DNA from: Pseudomonadota bacterium
Lineage (GTDB): Bacteria; Desulfobacterota; Binatia; Binatales; Binataceae
Length of the DNA: 64,000 bases
Direction: 5' to 3'
NCBI GenBank assembly: GCA_021324755.1
Contig: JAJPIL010000010.1
Location: 1,097-65,096 of the forward strand
This document shows, piece by piece, positions 18,998-29,767 of this stretch. The notes under the pieces are model-generated. The model did not search any database. It saw only the letters and a program-made list of their open reading frames with translations, and had not been told where the DNA came from. Position numbers and translations under genes: made by a program. The first letter of the stretch is position 1. Each line of letters opens with the position of its first letter.

Positions 18998-20650
18998 TTA
19001 CCACGACTTACCCCACACGCGCTTGCCGCCGACGTAGGTAGCTAGCACCTTGATCGAGCCTAAGCGATCAGGCTCAGCGACGAGCGGATTTTCCGACAGC
19101 ACGACAAAGTCGGCGAGAAAACCGGGCGCAAGTCGCCCTTTAACCTCATGTTCCCCAGAAGCATAGGCAGCATTGACGGTGTACAACGCCAATGCCTGTT
19201 GTGGTGTGATACGCTGGTTGTCGCCTACTTTGGCGCCGTCCCATCCGCGCCGCGTCACGCAGCTCTGCATCGCAAGCAACGGCTGATAGGGACCACATGG
19301 ATAGTCGGATGAACCAGCTACTGCGATCCTTGCCTCGAAGAACGAGCGATGGGCGAACATGCGGCGGACCCGGTGCTCGCCGTACCAATCGATGAGCTTG
19401 CTGCCGTGATAGTGTACGTAGCTGCCGAACGGCACGGCTATCGCGTCCAGCCGCTTCATTCGCTCGAGAATCGACTCGTTAATGATGGAACAGTGTTCGA
19501 TCCGATGCTTCAGATACGGCTTGGGATGCGACAAAGCGGCGCGCTCGAGGTGCCCGAGCAGCAAGGAAATGGCGCGGTCACCGTTGGCATGCACGCACAG
19601 GCGCGAGCCGTCTTGATGTACCATATTCACGATATCGCGCAGGTCAGCGTCGGAGATAGTTTGAATTCCGTAATCATCGCTCGTACCTTCGAAGGGTTGC
19701 TCCAACAAACACGTCCTGCCCCCAATTGCGCCGTCGACGAAAGTTTTCACGCCGCCGATACGTAGACGCCTGTCGCCGAAGCCGCTGCGCAGACCCAAGC
19801 GACGCAGATGATCGTAATACTCGTGCGTAATCAACATATTTACGCGCAAAGTTAGGATGCCGCGTCTTGCTCCTTCTTGAAACAGCGCGAGTTCCTGCGG
19901 CCCGACCAGAGCGTCAGTAACCGAAGTCAGTCCAGCTGCGTGGAACATCTCGACCGCGCGCGCAAGCCCACCAAGCCGTTCTTCGAACGTGCTCGCAGGA
20001 GCTACAGTGCGCCCCGTTTTGGAGGCTGCCGGATAGGCAAAGTCGAACAACGCCTGCTCGTACAAGATACCGTTAAGCCGTCCGCTGGCATCCTTGCCGA
20101 ACCTGCCACCCGGTGGCGCAGCCGTGTTCTCCGTGATACCGCCCATTTCTAGCGCCTTGGTATTCACGACTGCCCAATGGCCAGCCACGTGAATCACAAG
20201 GATCGGATGCTCTCGAGAAACCTCATCTAGGTCCCAGCGGGTTAAAACTCGTCCCTCGGCCATCTTGGCGTCGTCATAGCGTGTACCTCGAATCCAAGTG
20301 CCCGGCGGCCTTCGCAAGGCCTCCTCGCGAAGCTTGGCTTTGAGCTGGGCCAACGAGCTCACGCTTTCGTATGAAAGGTCGACGTGGAGCAGATCCTCGG
20401 CGGTCATCCCAAGGTGCATATGCGCGTCGTTGAAACCTGGAACCACCGTTGCGTCGCCGAAATCCACGAGCTCCGCTTCGGGAAATCGCGTGCGCAGATC
20501 GTCGACCTTTCCGACGGCTACAATTTGCTCCCCAACGACGGCGAATGCTTCCGCAGGCGTCTGGGTCATCGTAACGATCGAACGCGCTCGGTAAATCGCG
20601 GGCTTAGCCGAGCCGTCATTTAGTGTTTGCTCATTCCCTTGCTTGTCCAT
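18998..20650 (-). CDS. Amidohydrolase_3 (YtcJ-like) metal-dependent hydrolase
   Basis: PGFNDAHMH, KTFVDG, VHANGDRA, RIEHCS, GSSDYP, YTVNAAY, GFLADFVVL. Confidence 0.9.
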   Translation of the reverse strand: MDKQGNEQTLNDGSAKPAIYRARSIVTMTQTPAEAFAVVGEQIVAVGKVDDLRTRFPEAELVDFGDATVVPGFNDAHMHLGMTAEDLLHVDLSYESVSSLAQLKAKLREEALRRPPGTWIRGTRYDDAKMAEGRVLTRWDLDEVSREHPILVIHVAGHWAVVNTKALEMGGITENTAAPPGGRFGKDASGRLNGILYEQALFDFAYPAASKTGRTVAPASTFEERLGGLARAVEMFHAAGLTSVTDALVGPQELALFQEGARRGILTLRVNMLITHEYYDHLRRLGLRSGFGDRRLRIGGVKTFVDGAIGGRTCLLEQPFEGTSDDYGIQTISDADLRDIVNMVHQDGSRLCVHANGDRAISLLLGHLERAALSHPKPYLKHRIEHCSIINESILERMKRLDAIAVPFGSYVHYHGSKLIDWYGEHRVRRMFAHRSFFEARIAVAGSSDYPCGPYQPLLAMQSCVTRRGWDGAKVGDNQRITPQQALALYTVNAAYASGEHEVKGRLAPGFLADFVVLSENPLVAEPDRLGSIKVLATYVGGKRVWGKSW

Positions 20651-21034
20651 CTCCGTGGTCCCACAGCTAATCACTCTTGACCAGTGGCTTGCCGCTTTTG
20701 CCTTGCATAGACTAGCTCAAGTTGTTTTTACAACGCAGGCAAGCAGATGACCAGTATGGAGTGACAATTTACCTGCGCTTAGAGACTTTGTCGAAGGCAG
20801 CGCTTTAGCGAAAAGTGCGACAACAGGCCACCACTGCTCAAAATCCGCCCTTCGTTATCGGCGCAACAAACGGGCTTCAGGGCGCGACGTCGGCTGCTAA
20901 GTCCGAAGCCGGGTGTCCAGCGATGCACTTTGTTTTGACAGTACAGTGCTTCAAATTCACACACTTTGTGCGATGTGAACTCCACATGCAAGCGTCGACG
21001 ATTCGGCATTAGCTTTGCTTCGGACATCAAAACG

Positions 21035-21685
21035 ATGGCTTCGGGTGCGCGCTTTAATCTTGTGGGCGGGCAAATCGTTCGCCTTGGAGCTTCCTACCGA
21101 TTGGCAGCTGCCAACCTTTTTCTGTCATTGCTGTTTTTCAGTTACCTTTGGTCGAATCGCAGCTACTTCGAGAGCCAGCTCGCCAGCGATGTGTTTCTGG
21201 TTGGAGCAGTGCCGATGGGGATATTTTCGCTGCTAAGAACGCCGCCAATCGAGACCCAGCCGTCTCTTGCTTCGATAATCGCGTATTTAGGGATGCTTGC
21301 ACTGCCGCTGATGATGAAGTTCGACGCCAAGGCTCCTGCACCACTTTACTCCTTAGGCGCGGCGCTCGAACTCCTGGGTGTTGTGCTTTCGCAAAGTGCG
21401 CGTATTTGGATGGGGCGAGCGTTCGGGATTTTGCCCGCGAACCGTGGGATCGTCACTCAGGGGCCATTCAGGTGGGTTAGACATCCGGTCTATTCCGGAT
21501 GGCTCATCCTTACGACGGGTCGAGTACTTCTGTCGTTCCGTCTGATTAACGTGTTACTCGCGCTCGCCACGGTGCCGTTTGTCATCTGGCGTATCGCGTT
21601 AGAAGAGAGACTGTTGCAAAACGACCCCGCCTACCAGTCCTACCAGGCACAAGTTCGCTTCAAGCTTTTTCCCTACCTCTACTGA
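21035..21685 (+). CDS. Isoprenylcysteine carboxylmethyltransferase (ICMT/PEMT-like) family membrane protein
   Basis: Several hydrophobic segments, then GRAFGILPANRGIVTQGPFRWVRHPVYSG and RIALEERLL...Y..Y. Confidence 0.82.
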   Translation: MASGARFNLVGGQIVRLGASYRLAAANLFLSLLFFSYLWSNRSYFESQLASDVFLVGAVPMGIFSLLRTPPIETQPSLASIIAYLGMLALPLMMKFDAKAPAPLYSLGAALELLGVVLSQSARIWMGRAFGILPANRGIVTQGPFRWVRHPVYSGWLILTTGRVLLSFRLINVLLALATVPFVIWRIALEERLLQNDPAYQSYQAQVRFKLFPYLY

Positions 21686-21837
21686 TCCTGCCTCGATTGT
21701 TTTCGCGATCTGGCCGCTTTTCCCAGCCACCAGTCGCGTTTTTGATGGCGACTGCGCTGCCTTGACCGCTTAGCGCCATAACGCTATCCTAGATGGGCTT
21801 AAGCGAAAATCCCGCAAATCAAGTGTGCGGCGACACG

Positions 21838-22599
21838 ATGGGGGTTTTAGGAGGCTGCAAGCCACGCGCAGAGGTTCTCGAAGGCGATCTCCAAGACGAG
21901 ATTTTCGCGGCGGACTTCGGCCACCTTATCGCCGGCAGGGCGCCAAAAGTTTATAGCGACGCCCGCATCTTCTTTGAAAACACGCACCCGGCTGAGCAGA
22001 TCCGTCTCCTCACTCAAGCCGTCTTTGGCCGATTAGCAGACGCCAACAGAGGTGGGGCCACCATACGCCTCAGCACCGGCTTCGGCGGCGGTAAGACCCA
22101 CGCGCTGATGGCGCTGTGGCATCTCGCCAGGAACATCGGCGATCTCGCTCTGGGGACCGACCTTCTTCCTGCCGCCGGCCGACCGAAGAAGGTGACGGTC
22201 GTCGCCGTCGACGCCTCCAACGCCGGCGTCCCCATTTTTGCCACTCATGGCGACATCACGGTTCACAGTTTGTGGGGGGAGATCGCCTATCAGTTCGGCG
22301 GCGAGAAAGCGCTCGAGGCCGCCGGCAAGCTCAACGAGGTATCGAGAAAGCCGCTTTCCGTTGCGGTAAAAGCTCAGAATTTCGAAGCGGCACAGACGCA
22401 GCGGGCTGTCGAGAGGGCATTCGATGATCCCGACCGAGCTCGGACCGGCACACGCCCATTCGCACGACGCCTTAAACTGGCCGCAGCCCTCGTGCCGCGC
22501 CTTTTGCACAAAAACCTTGGCTTTGCTCAAACCAATCGCTTAAGCGACTATCGCGACTTACTTCACGCGTCCCACCAGGTGGCGCCTTTTCGTTTCTAA
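21838..22599 (+). pseudogene. Truncated DUF499-family AAA+ ATPase (N-terminal fragment only)
   Basis: PRAEVLEGDLQDEIFAADF, Walker A TGFGGGKTHALMALWH, SLWGEIAYQFGG. Resemblance ends near 22335, before any Walker B motif. Full-length family members are several times longer. Confidence 0.75.
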
Positions 22600-22779
22600 C
22601 CAGAGGAGAGCGCGTCGCTTTTACTTTCTCTACAACTCTGCCTTACACAACTATCGGCGAAAAAGCTCCACCATATATACCGATCGAACGACGTTGTAGA
22701 AAAAGAAGACACTTAGGGTTATAGTTGAGCAAGCCCACGGCACAGCAAGGTTAGGGAGCCACTGGGCGGGAGAAAGGTT

Positions 22780-23310
22780 ATGGGCGAGTTTATTTCAGAC
22801 ATTCAGAAAATAAGGGAGCGCGCACGCAAGCACATGGAAGCCGGTGCGGTCACCGAAAGCTACCGAGCGAATCCGGAGCAAGTGGTAAAAGTTCTCAACG
22901 AGGTCCTCGCAACCGAACTCGTATGCGTGCTTAGGTACAAAAGGCATTACTTCATGGCCTCGGGAATCCACGCCGAATCGGTCAAAGAGGAGTTTCTTCA
23001 GCACGCCAACGAAGAGCAGCAACACGCCGATTGGGTTGCTCAACGAATCACCCAACTCAACGGCGCGCCTAACTTTAATCCGGAAGGGCTTGCCGCGCGA
23101 AGCCATTCGGAGTACGTCGAGGGAACAGACCTGACCTCTATGATTAGAGAAGATCTGGTTGCCGAAAGGATCGCGATCGAGTCCTACTCGGAGATAATCC
23201 GATGGCTCGGCAACGATGATCCCACAACCAGGAAGCTTATGGAGGAAATTCTCAAGGCAGAAGAGGAACACGCCGACGACCTCAAGAACTTGTTGGCGAA
23301 GCTGTCCTAA
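22780..23310 (+). CDS. Bacterioferritin-like ferritin-family protein
   Basis: LATELVCVLRYKRHY, HANEEQQHAD, EDLVAERIAIESY, EEEHADDL ferroxidase-centre motifs. GAAAGG RBS. Confidence 0.88.
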   Translation: MGEFISDIQKIRERARKHMEAGAVTESYRANPEQVVKVLNEVLATELVCVLRYKRHYFMASGIHAESVKEEFLQHANEEQQHADWVAQRITQLNGAPNFNPEGLAARSHSEYVEGTDLTSMIREDLVAERIAIESYSEIIRWLGNDDPTTRKLMEEILKAEEEHADDLKNLLAKLS

Positions 23311-23572
23311 AAGCTTTGGATGCTCGAGGTGAAAATTTTCACAGCTGAGCGGGCGCGCGCCGTGTCCTCACACGTATCTAGCAGCTAACTCCGAGACGCA
23401 AGTCCCTCGCCCGACCCGGCTTCGTTTTACTTTTTCGCCAGCTCAAGAGTGACAAACGTCTTTGACCGCATATCACGCTGTTAACAAAGCTTCGGTTTGC
23501 GGCGCTGGTTTGCGAGTTTGCTTCAAGTCGCGGCAACCCTGCGTGCAAACTTGCACCTTTTGCCCAAAGATC

Positions 23573-24619
23573 TCAATAGCCTTCACCGTCGATCGCTACC
23601 TTGCCGCGAAAATGCGAATACACGAAGGTGAAATAGGCTGCTACGAGAACCATCCCGGGAATGAACCACATAAGCCCCAGGCGAAGGCCATAGGCGGACG
23701 TGGCACTGTTGTAGATTGTAAGGCCGAGCGCCGGGTCGACGTTGGAAGGAAAGACGTAAGGATAAAGGCCGAAGGCAGCGCTGGCAAGCATAAAGCCGAC
23801 ATACAGGCTGGAGGAAAGGAACGCTTTGAGGTTACCTGGAGCACGGCTCCACAGCTTGGCGCCGCACAGTCCTAGCAGCGCCAGCGCTGGAAACGCAAAG
23901 CCCCACGGGACCTGGTTAAAGCGCTCGGCTACGTGCGGTTGAACAAACGGCACGAGTGCACCGACGACTACCGCGCTTGCCAGTACCAGCCACCAAATTC
24001 GGTTTGCAAAACGAGCAGCCCTCGTCGAAAGCTCGCCCTCGGTTTTCAGCGAAACCCACAGCGCGCCGTGCATCGCCAAAGCTAAAAAGCTCGCAACGCC
24101 AACCGCCAACGTAAACCAATCGAAAATTCCGACCGAGCCGCGAACACCGAAGTCGGTCCAAAGCGGGAGTGTAATCGCCTCCGAATTCGTCAACGGGACG
24201 CCACGAATCACATTGCCCACGGCCGCGCCGAACAGGACCGCAAGCAGGGCGCTCGCTCCCGCAAAGACGGCGTCCCAGAAAGGAAACCACACGAGGCTAT
24301 TGACGTGGTTGCGAAACTCGATCGCGATACCACGCAAGATCAAGAGCCACAACACCATCATCAGCGGCAAGTAAAGGCCGCCAAAGCTTGCGGCGTAAAG
24401 TTTCGGGAATGCAAAGAACAACACGCCTCCACCAGCGATTAGCCATACTTCGTTACCGTCCCAAAAAGGACCTATTGTCCGCAAAACCATTCGTCGTTCC
24501 TGTTGCGTGTGGGCGACGATTAGAAGCGAAATTCCAGCGCCGAAATCGAAGCCGTCCAGGATCGCGTAGACGATAATCATAAGGGTCAACAGGCAAAACC
24601 ATAAGGTATGCATTGCCAA
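23573..24619 (-). CDS. cydB: Cytochrome bd ubiquinol oxidase subunit II
   Basis: YAILDGFDFGAG, IGPFWDGNEVWLI, LILRGIAIEFR. Confidence 0.96.
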   Translation of the reverse strand: MAMHTLWFCLLTLMIIVYAILDGFDFGAGISLLIVAHTQQERRMVLRTIGPFWDGNEVWLIAGGGVLFFAFPKLYAASFGGLYLPLMMVLWLLILRGIAIEFRNHVNSLVWFPFWDAVFAGASALLAVLFGAAVGNVIRGVPLTNSEAITLPLWTDFGVRGSVGIFDWFTLAVGVASFLALAMHGALWVSLKTEGELSTRAARFANRIWWLVLASAVVVGALVPFVQPHVAERFNQVPWGFAFPALALLGLCGAKLWSRAPGNLKAFLSSSLYVGFMLASAAFGLYPYVFPSNVDPALGLTIYNSATSAYGLRLGLMWFIPGMVLVAAYFTFVYSHFRGKVAIDGEGY

Positions 24620-24644
24620 CCTCCTTGACCCAGGCGCTCAACCT

Positions 24645-25988
24645 TCAATCATCTTGGACGTCGCCCTGTAGCCCTTCTTCCGGTCCGCGCTGAATTTCAA
24701 GGTAGATCAAAAACAAAAACAGAACGGACAGTACCGCATACATGCCCGCAAATCCGATCAAGGTGAACAGTGCGTTTCCGGCCGAAACGGTTATCGACCG
24801 CCCTTCGCTTGTGCGCATAATTCCGTATACCAACCAAGGTTGGCGTCCTAGCTCGGCCGTCATCCAGCCAGCTGTGGTTGCAATGTACGGGAACGGGAAT
24901 TGGAGCATAAGCGCCCACAGTATTGGTGGATAGGTGTAAAGGCGTTTTCGCCAAAGAAGATAGCCTGCCACCAAGAAGACCGCGACGAAAATCGTCCCCA
25001 AACCCACCATGATATGGTAGCTGTAGTACAGCAACGGAATATTGTCGGGCCATAACGATTCCGGAAACGCGCTTAAACCCTTGACTTCCGCTTTCCAGCG
25101 CCGGTAGGTTAGAAAGCTCAACGCTCTGGGAACCTCGATTGGGTTATCTAACCGGCGCTGCTCGACGTCGGGCTGTCCGATCAGCACTATCGGCGCTCCG
25201 GCCTGCGTCTGGAAAAGCCCTTCCATCGCCGCCAGCGTTACCGGCTGATAATTCGCTACGTTGCGCCCCGACGCGTCTCCGGTTGGGTAAATCAGCGCAA
25301 CCGAAGCGACGAGGCCACTAATGACGCCGATTCGGCAGAAGGTCTGGGCATACCTTTGATGGCGCTTTGTGAGAAGGTAAAAAGCGCCCAGCGCAGCCAT
25401 CACAGCGCTTGCCGTGAGCACCGCAGCCGTCATCGTGTGCAAATACTGCCATATGAGCCATGGATTGCTGAGGAGCGCCCAAAGACTGACAAGCGAAGCC
25501 TGGCCGCTGGAATTAAGCGTGTAGCCAACCGGATGCTGCATCCAGGCGTTGGTCGCAATTATAAAATATCCGGACGTCCAGGAGCCGAGAAAAACCAGAA
25601 AGGCGCAAAGCCAATGAAGCCGAGGACTCAATCGCTTTTCCCCGAAAAGGAACGCACCTAAAAAGGCGGATTCGAGAAAGAAGGAGAATACGCCCTCCAT
25701 CGCGAGCGTCTGACCGATCACTCCTCCAGCAGCCTCGGAGAACTGCGCCCAATTAGTACCGAATTGAAACTCCATCGGAATGCCCGTCACGACCCCCATC
25801 GCGAAGTTGATGCCGAAAATTCTTGCCCAGAAACGAGCTACGTGATGGTAATGCTCGTCGCCGCGAAACAACGCGATTGTCTTGACGACGAGGATCAAAA
25901 GCGCAAGACCCATCGTCAACTGGGGAAACAGGTAATGGAACATTATGGTGAAGGCAAACTGGAACCGATCGACCGTCAGCGCATCCAT
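24645..25988 (-). CDS. cydA: Cytochrome bd ubiquinol oxidase subunit I (short Q-loop)
   Basis: RFQFAFTIMFHYLFP, MEFQFGTNW, FFLESAF, NAWMQHP, GWMTAELGRQPW. Confidence 0.97.
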   Translation of the reverse strand: MDALTVDRFQFAFTIMFHYLFPQLTMGLALLILVVKTIALFRGDEHYHHVARFWARIFGINFAMGVVTGIPMEFQFGTNWAQFSEAAGGVIGQTLAMEGVFSFFLESAFLGAFLFGEKRLSPRLHWLCAFLVFLGSWTSGYFIIATNAWMQHPVGYTLNSSGQASLVSLWALLSNPWLIWQYLHTMTAAVLTASAVMAALGAFYLLTKRHQRYAQTFCRIGVISGLVASVALIYPTGDASGRNVANYQPVTLAAMEGLFQTQAGAPIVLIGQPDVEQRRLDNPIEVPRALSFLTYRRWKAEVKGLSAFPESLWPDNIPLLYYSYHIMVGLGTIFVAVFLVAGYLLWRKRLYTYPPILWALMLQFPFPYIATTAGWMTAELGRQPWLVYGIMRTSEGRSITVSAGNALFTLIGFAGMYAVLSVLFLFLIYLEIQRGPEEGLQGDVQDD

Positions 25989-26417
25989 CCAAAACCCCTT
26001 TTTGATCCCCTTGAGATTTCGCTTTAATCTAAACCGAGTTCGTCAGAACACGCTTAACTCGCGGCAGTTTATCAGACCGTGTTCTCGGCCATACTGCTAA
26101 ACACTGCTCGGCCGTACCTAAACATCACAAAAAACGCACTGTGTCACGTCTAAGCTTGGTAGGTTGGTTCGGTATGCTTACGAACCTACGGCGGCAGGAG
26201 CACGCCTATCGAGTGTTCGCCTGGGCGCTCTTGAATAATCCCTCTAGCCAGGTGCCATCCGGCAACGTAGGCAAAAACCAGAGCGCAAACCGTCTCCACC
26301 TTGCATCAATTTTGACGCTCCACTAGTACCGCAAACGCTGTGAGGGCGCAAAACTACCTTGGCCACTCAACAAGCCAAAGTTCGCGCAAGACCATCAGCT
26401 GGGGCGTCGAAGGCTAC

Positions 26418-27803
26418 TCAATTTTCAACCTTAGCCGGGCCGCCGTATCGATGCTTGCAAAACCAGTAGATTGGCACTGCCGCCGCGACAAGCGCTCCGG
26501 CAACCATTACGTTCAGCCGACTAGATTGTCCGCCAAGCTCGAGCGCCAAACTTACCAGCCAAACCACAAGCGGAGCACCAACCGTAAAGTAAAGAGCGGC
26601 TTTGCCGCCACCGATCGTGAATAATCCGTCGCGCAAAGGCCTAAGCCGTCGAAGCCGCACCAAAGCCGCCATCTCAAGGGCGAGGGCAGCCATATAAAAC
26701 ATCACATCCAGAGCCACCAAGTTCAGAAAGCCTAACGGCAGAAGAAGGGAAAAAGCGATGCAAGACAGGACGATCGCCCGACCCGGGGTCTGCGTAAACC
26801 TCCAGAGCGCGGCGAGGGGAGCTGGCAAGTAGCCCTCCGCAGCTAAAACGAAAGGCAGGCGCGAGCTCCACAGCAACGAAGCCTCGAACACCGCGAGCGC
26901 GCTTACGGCGCCTCCCAACGCAATCGCAACGCCCCCAAGTCGGCCGCCCACCTGCCTGCCGAGTTCGACAAAAGAACCCAGAGTCCAGGTCAGATGAGCG
27001 TCGGGTTGAGCCATGCTTAAAGCGATCGCAAGCAAGTAGCTCAAAGATACAAGCGGGATCACGATTAAAACCGCGCGCAGGTAATTACGGCGGGGATTTT
27101 CTAGTTCGCCCGCTGCGACGCTTAAATTCTCCCAGCCGCAGAAGTTCCATGTAATGACGGTCAGCGCGGCCGCCAAAGCTGCCAATCGAGACTGCGAGGT
27201 GAGTGTCGAGGTCGATACAAAAAACCTCGGCAACAGATTAGCACGCCAAGCTGCGGTCAACAGCAGACCTAAAAAAGGCCCCACCGCAAGGCCGGCCAAA
27301 ATGAGCGCCGCACGACCGGCAAGCCGAACGCCCCCAAGGTTCAGAAGTCCCGCAACCCAAATAACGGCGAGTTCCAGGACCAGTCTGGCCCAACTCGCCA
27401 TCGGCACAAGAAATGACAAGTAGGCTGCGAATAGCACGGGGTAGATGGTCATGTCGACGGCAGTGTAAAGTATCGTTAGGTAGGCTTCGACGAAGCCAGC
27501 AAAGGGGCCAAAAGCCTCTTTGACCCAAAAGTAAAAGCCTCCCTCTAACGGGATTAATGCGGTAAGCTCTGCGGCCATCAGGGCGACGGGCAAACTTAGT
27601 ACGAAAGGGAGAACTAGGCACAGGACAAGCGCAACAACCGGACCGGCGGCACCGATAGCCTCCTCCAAACCGTAAGGCCCACCGCTCACGACCAAGTACA
27701 TGACAGCAGCAGCTGCCGGAAGGCTGAGCACGGCTTGCTTGCCGTGACCGTCGCGCGAGGGCCGCGCTTTTCGACCAGTGATTAGCGGACGATAAAACCC
27801 CAA
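26418..27803 (-). CDS. APC family amino acid/polyamine permease
   Basis: VSGGPYGLE, EGGFYFWV, WNFCGWE, SRLPFVLAAEGYLP; about 12 hydrophobic segments. Confidence 0.87.
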   Translation of the reverse strand: MGFYRPLITGRKARPSRDGHGKQAVLSLPAAAAVMYLVVSGGPYGLEEAIGAAGPVVALVLCLVLPFVLSLPVALMAAELTALIPLEGGFYFWVKEAFGPFAGFVEAYLTILYTAVDMTIYPVLFAAYLSFLVPMASWARLVLELAVIWVAGLLNLGGVRLAGRAALILAGLAVGPFLGLLLTAAWRANLLPRFFVSTSTLTSQSRLAALAAALTVITWNFCGWENLSVAAGELENPRRNYLRAVLIVIPLVSLSYLLAIALSMAQPDAHLTWTLGSFVELGRQVGGRLGGVAIALGGAVSALAVFEASLLWSSRLPFVLAAEGYLPAPLAALWRFTQTPGRAIVLSCIAFSLLLPLGFLNLVALDVMFYMAALALEMAALVRLRRLRPLRDGLFTIGGGKAALYFTVGAPLVVWLVSLALELGGQSSRLNVMVAGALVAAAVPIYWFCKHRYGGPAKVEN

Positions 27804-27922
27804 CCTAGCCTATAAACCTCTGTGCGCAGACGGTGGTATGCTCCTCTACGAAGAATGCGGCCAAGGGCGCTTGAGACGCACGACCTGAATATTCGGCTAC
27901 AGGATACATTAAACATGCCGCG

Positions 27923-27951
27923 TTGACGGTCAAGACCGGCAAAGCTATGGT
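27923..27951 (+). promoter_or_regulatory. Putative sigma70 promoter for the TPR operon
   Basis: TTGACG, 17-nt spacer, TATGGT, about 40 nt before ATG 27992. The -35 box lies within the palindrome TTGACGGTCAA. Confidence 0.5.
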
Positions 27952-27991
27952 AAACGGTAAACAGCAAGTGGTGAGGCTCGTCAGCGCATAA

Positions 27992-29767
27992 ATGATGTTA
28001 CTTAGTCATCGTGGTGTGGGAGTGCTGGCGGCCGCATCGTTAATCCTTGCAGCTTGCGCTACAACGACGCGGAAGCCAGCCGCTCCGTCTACGTCGTCAC
28101 TTCCCAAACCACAAGAAGACCGCCCATTTAGTGGCCTGCCGAAGGTGAAGATGCCGCCCGAAGCGCAGGCGATGGGCTCGTTTTTAAAGGCGCAGGTAGC
28201 AAGCGACGAAGGCGACCGCAGCCAGGCATTACAGTTCTATATTCAGGCGGTCAAGGCAGACCCGTACAACGCGATGTTACGAAGCCGCCTGGCAACTCTC
28301 TACGTGCGCGACGGCCAGCTGAGACCCGCGCTCGAGCAGGCAAAAAGGTCGCTCGAGCTTAATCCCTACCAAATCGAAACCCGGCTGCTGGCCGCAGGCA
28401 TCGCCTCTGCTCTGGGCGAAGACCAATACGCTAAGGAACAGTACGAGATAGTCCTGCAACAGGAACCGGACAACCAAGAGGCTCACCTTTACCTAGGCGC
28501 CTTGTACGCCAAACAGGGAAACTACACCCAGGCGCTTAACACCTTTCGGCAGCTGATAGAAATCGACCCCCATTCCTTCTTGGGTTACTACTATTGCGGC
28601 CGCGTGATGGCAGCGGCAAAAGACTACTCCGCTGCGGAGCGCTACTACAAGCGCGCTTTGGCGCTAAACCCGCAGTCCGAGCTCGTGATGCTCGACTATG
28701 CGGTGCTAAAGGAGCTTCAGCACAAACCGCAGGAAGCTATCGAGTACTACCGACGGATTTTGCGCGTAAACCCTAACAACGACTTTGTTCACAAACGGCT
28801 TGCCGAACTGCTGGCCGGACAAAAGCAGTTCGACGAGGCTCTGAAAGAATTTGAGCGCTCGGAAATGCTGGAGACCAACCCCGAAGATACGCGTATCAAG
28901 ATCGGCCTTTTGTACTTCGAGCGGGGAGAGCTCGGACGCGCAGCAACCGAGTTCAACCTCGTTCTCGGCGCTTCGCCCAATAACTGGCGAGTCAGATACT
29001 ACCTGGGGGCGGTTTACAGCGAGCTTAACGAGCCCGAGAAGGCGATCCAACAGTTCGAGGCGATTCCAGAAAATTCCGAAACTTACGTCGATTCGCGGGT
29101 CCAACTCGCTTACCTCTACGACAAGCGCAAGGAGTTCGACAAAGCGATCGAGGCGATTAAGCAGGCGCTCAAGAAGCGGCCTAACAACACCGAATTGATG
29201 GGCTTCTTGGCCGGCTTGTATCGTGAAAAGAAGGATTACCCGGACGCTATCGCGGTGCTCAAGCAGATGATCGCGCTTGAACCGAACAACGACAAATTCC
29301 ACTTTACGCTCGGCGCGCTCTATGACGAGGCTAACGACAAAGAGCATAGTATGGAGGAGATGCGCCGCACGATTGCGCTAAACCCGAATAACGCTCAGGC
29401 GCTCAATTACCTCGGCTACACGTACGCCGAGATGGGAACAAACCTGGATGAGGCGGAAGCGCTGATCCGCAGAGCGCTTAAGATTGAACCTCATGACGGG
29501 TTCTATATTGATAGCCTGGGATGGGTCTACTACCAAAAGGGCGAATATCAAAAAGCCGTAAAGGAACTGCAGAAGGCTGTCGATCTCACCGATGACGACC
29601 CGACGATAACCGAGCACTTGGCCGACGCGTACCGCAAGGTGGGCGAGTTCAAGAAAGCGGCGCTCCTGTACCAAAAGGCGCTACGTAAAGCCACCGAACA
29701 GGCTCAAGTGCGCCGCCTTAAGGAAAAGTTGGCAAGCTTGCGTGACTCCGGCCGGGCGTCTCAATAA
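27992..29767 (+). CDS. Tetratricopeptide-repeat lipoprotein
   Basis: Lipobox ILAAC, many TPR units, ALNYLGYTYAE and IDSLGWVYYQKG. Confidence 0.88.
   Translation: MMLLSHRGVGVLAAASLILAACATTTRKPAAPSTSSLPKPQEDRPFSGLPKVKMPPEAQAMGSFLKAQVASDEGDRSQALQFYIQAVKADPYNAMLRSRLATLYVRDGQLRPALEQAKRSLELNPYQIETRLLAAGIASALGEDQYAKEQYEIVLQQEPDNQEAHLYLGALYAKQGNYTQALNTFRQLIEIDPHSFLGYYYCGRVMAAAKDYSAAERYYKRALALNPQSELVMLDYAVLKELQHKPQEAIEYYRRILRVNPNNDFVHKRLAELLAGQKQFDEALKEFERSEMLETNPEDTRIKIGLLYFERGELGRAATEFNLVLGASPNNWRVRYYLGAVYSELNEPEKAIQQFEAIPENSETYVDSRVQLAYLYDKRKEFDKAIEAIKQALKKRPNNTELMGFLAGLYREKKDYPDAIAVLKQMIALEPNNDKFHFTLGALYDEANDKEHSMEEMRRTIALNPNNAQALNYLGYTYAEMGTNLDEAEALIRRALKIEPHDGFYIDSLGWVYYQKGEYQKAVKELQKAVDLTDDDPTITEHLADAYRKVGEFKKAALLYQKALRKATEQAQVRRLKEKLASLRDSGRASQ

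Noticed and set aside
22033-22530. Cys-rich minus-strand ORF overlapping the DUF499 fragment
   Set aside because: Cys spacing matches no motif I know, and most of it is antisense to the DUF499 remnant.
23329-23342. Perfect palindrome GTGAAAATTTTCAC resembling a Rex operator near cydAB
   Set aside because: It lies between the 3' ends of the convergent ferritin and cydB genes, not in a promoter; more likely part of a terminator hairpin or chance.
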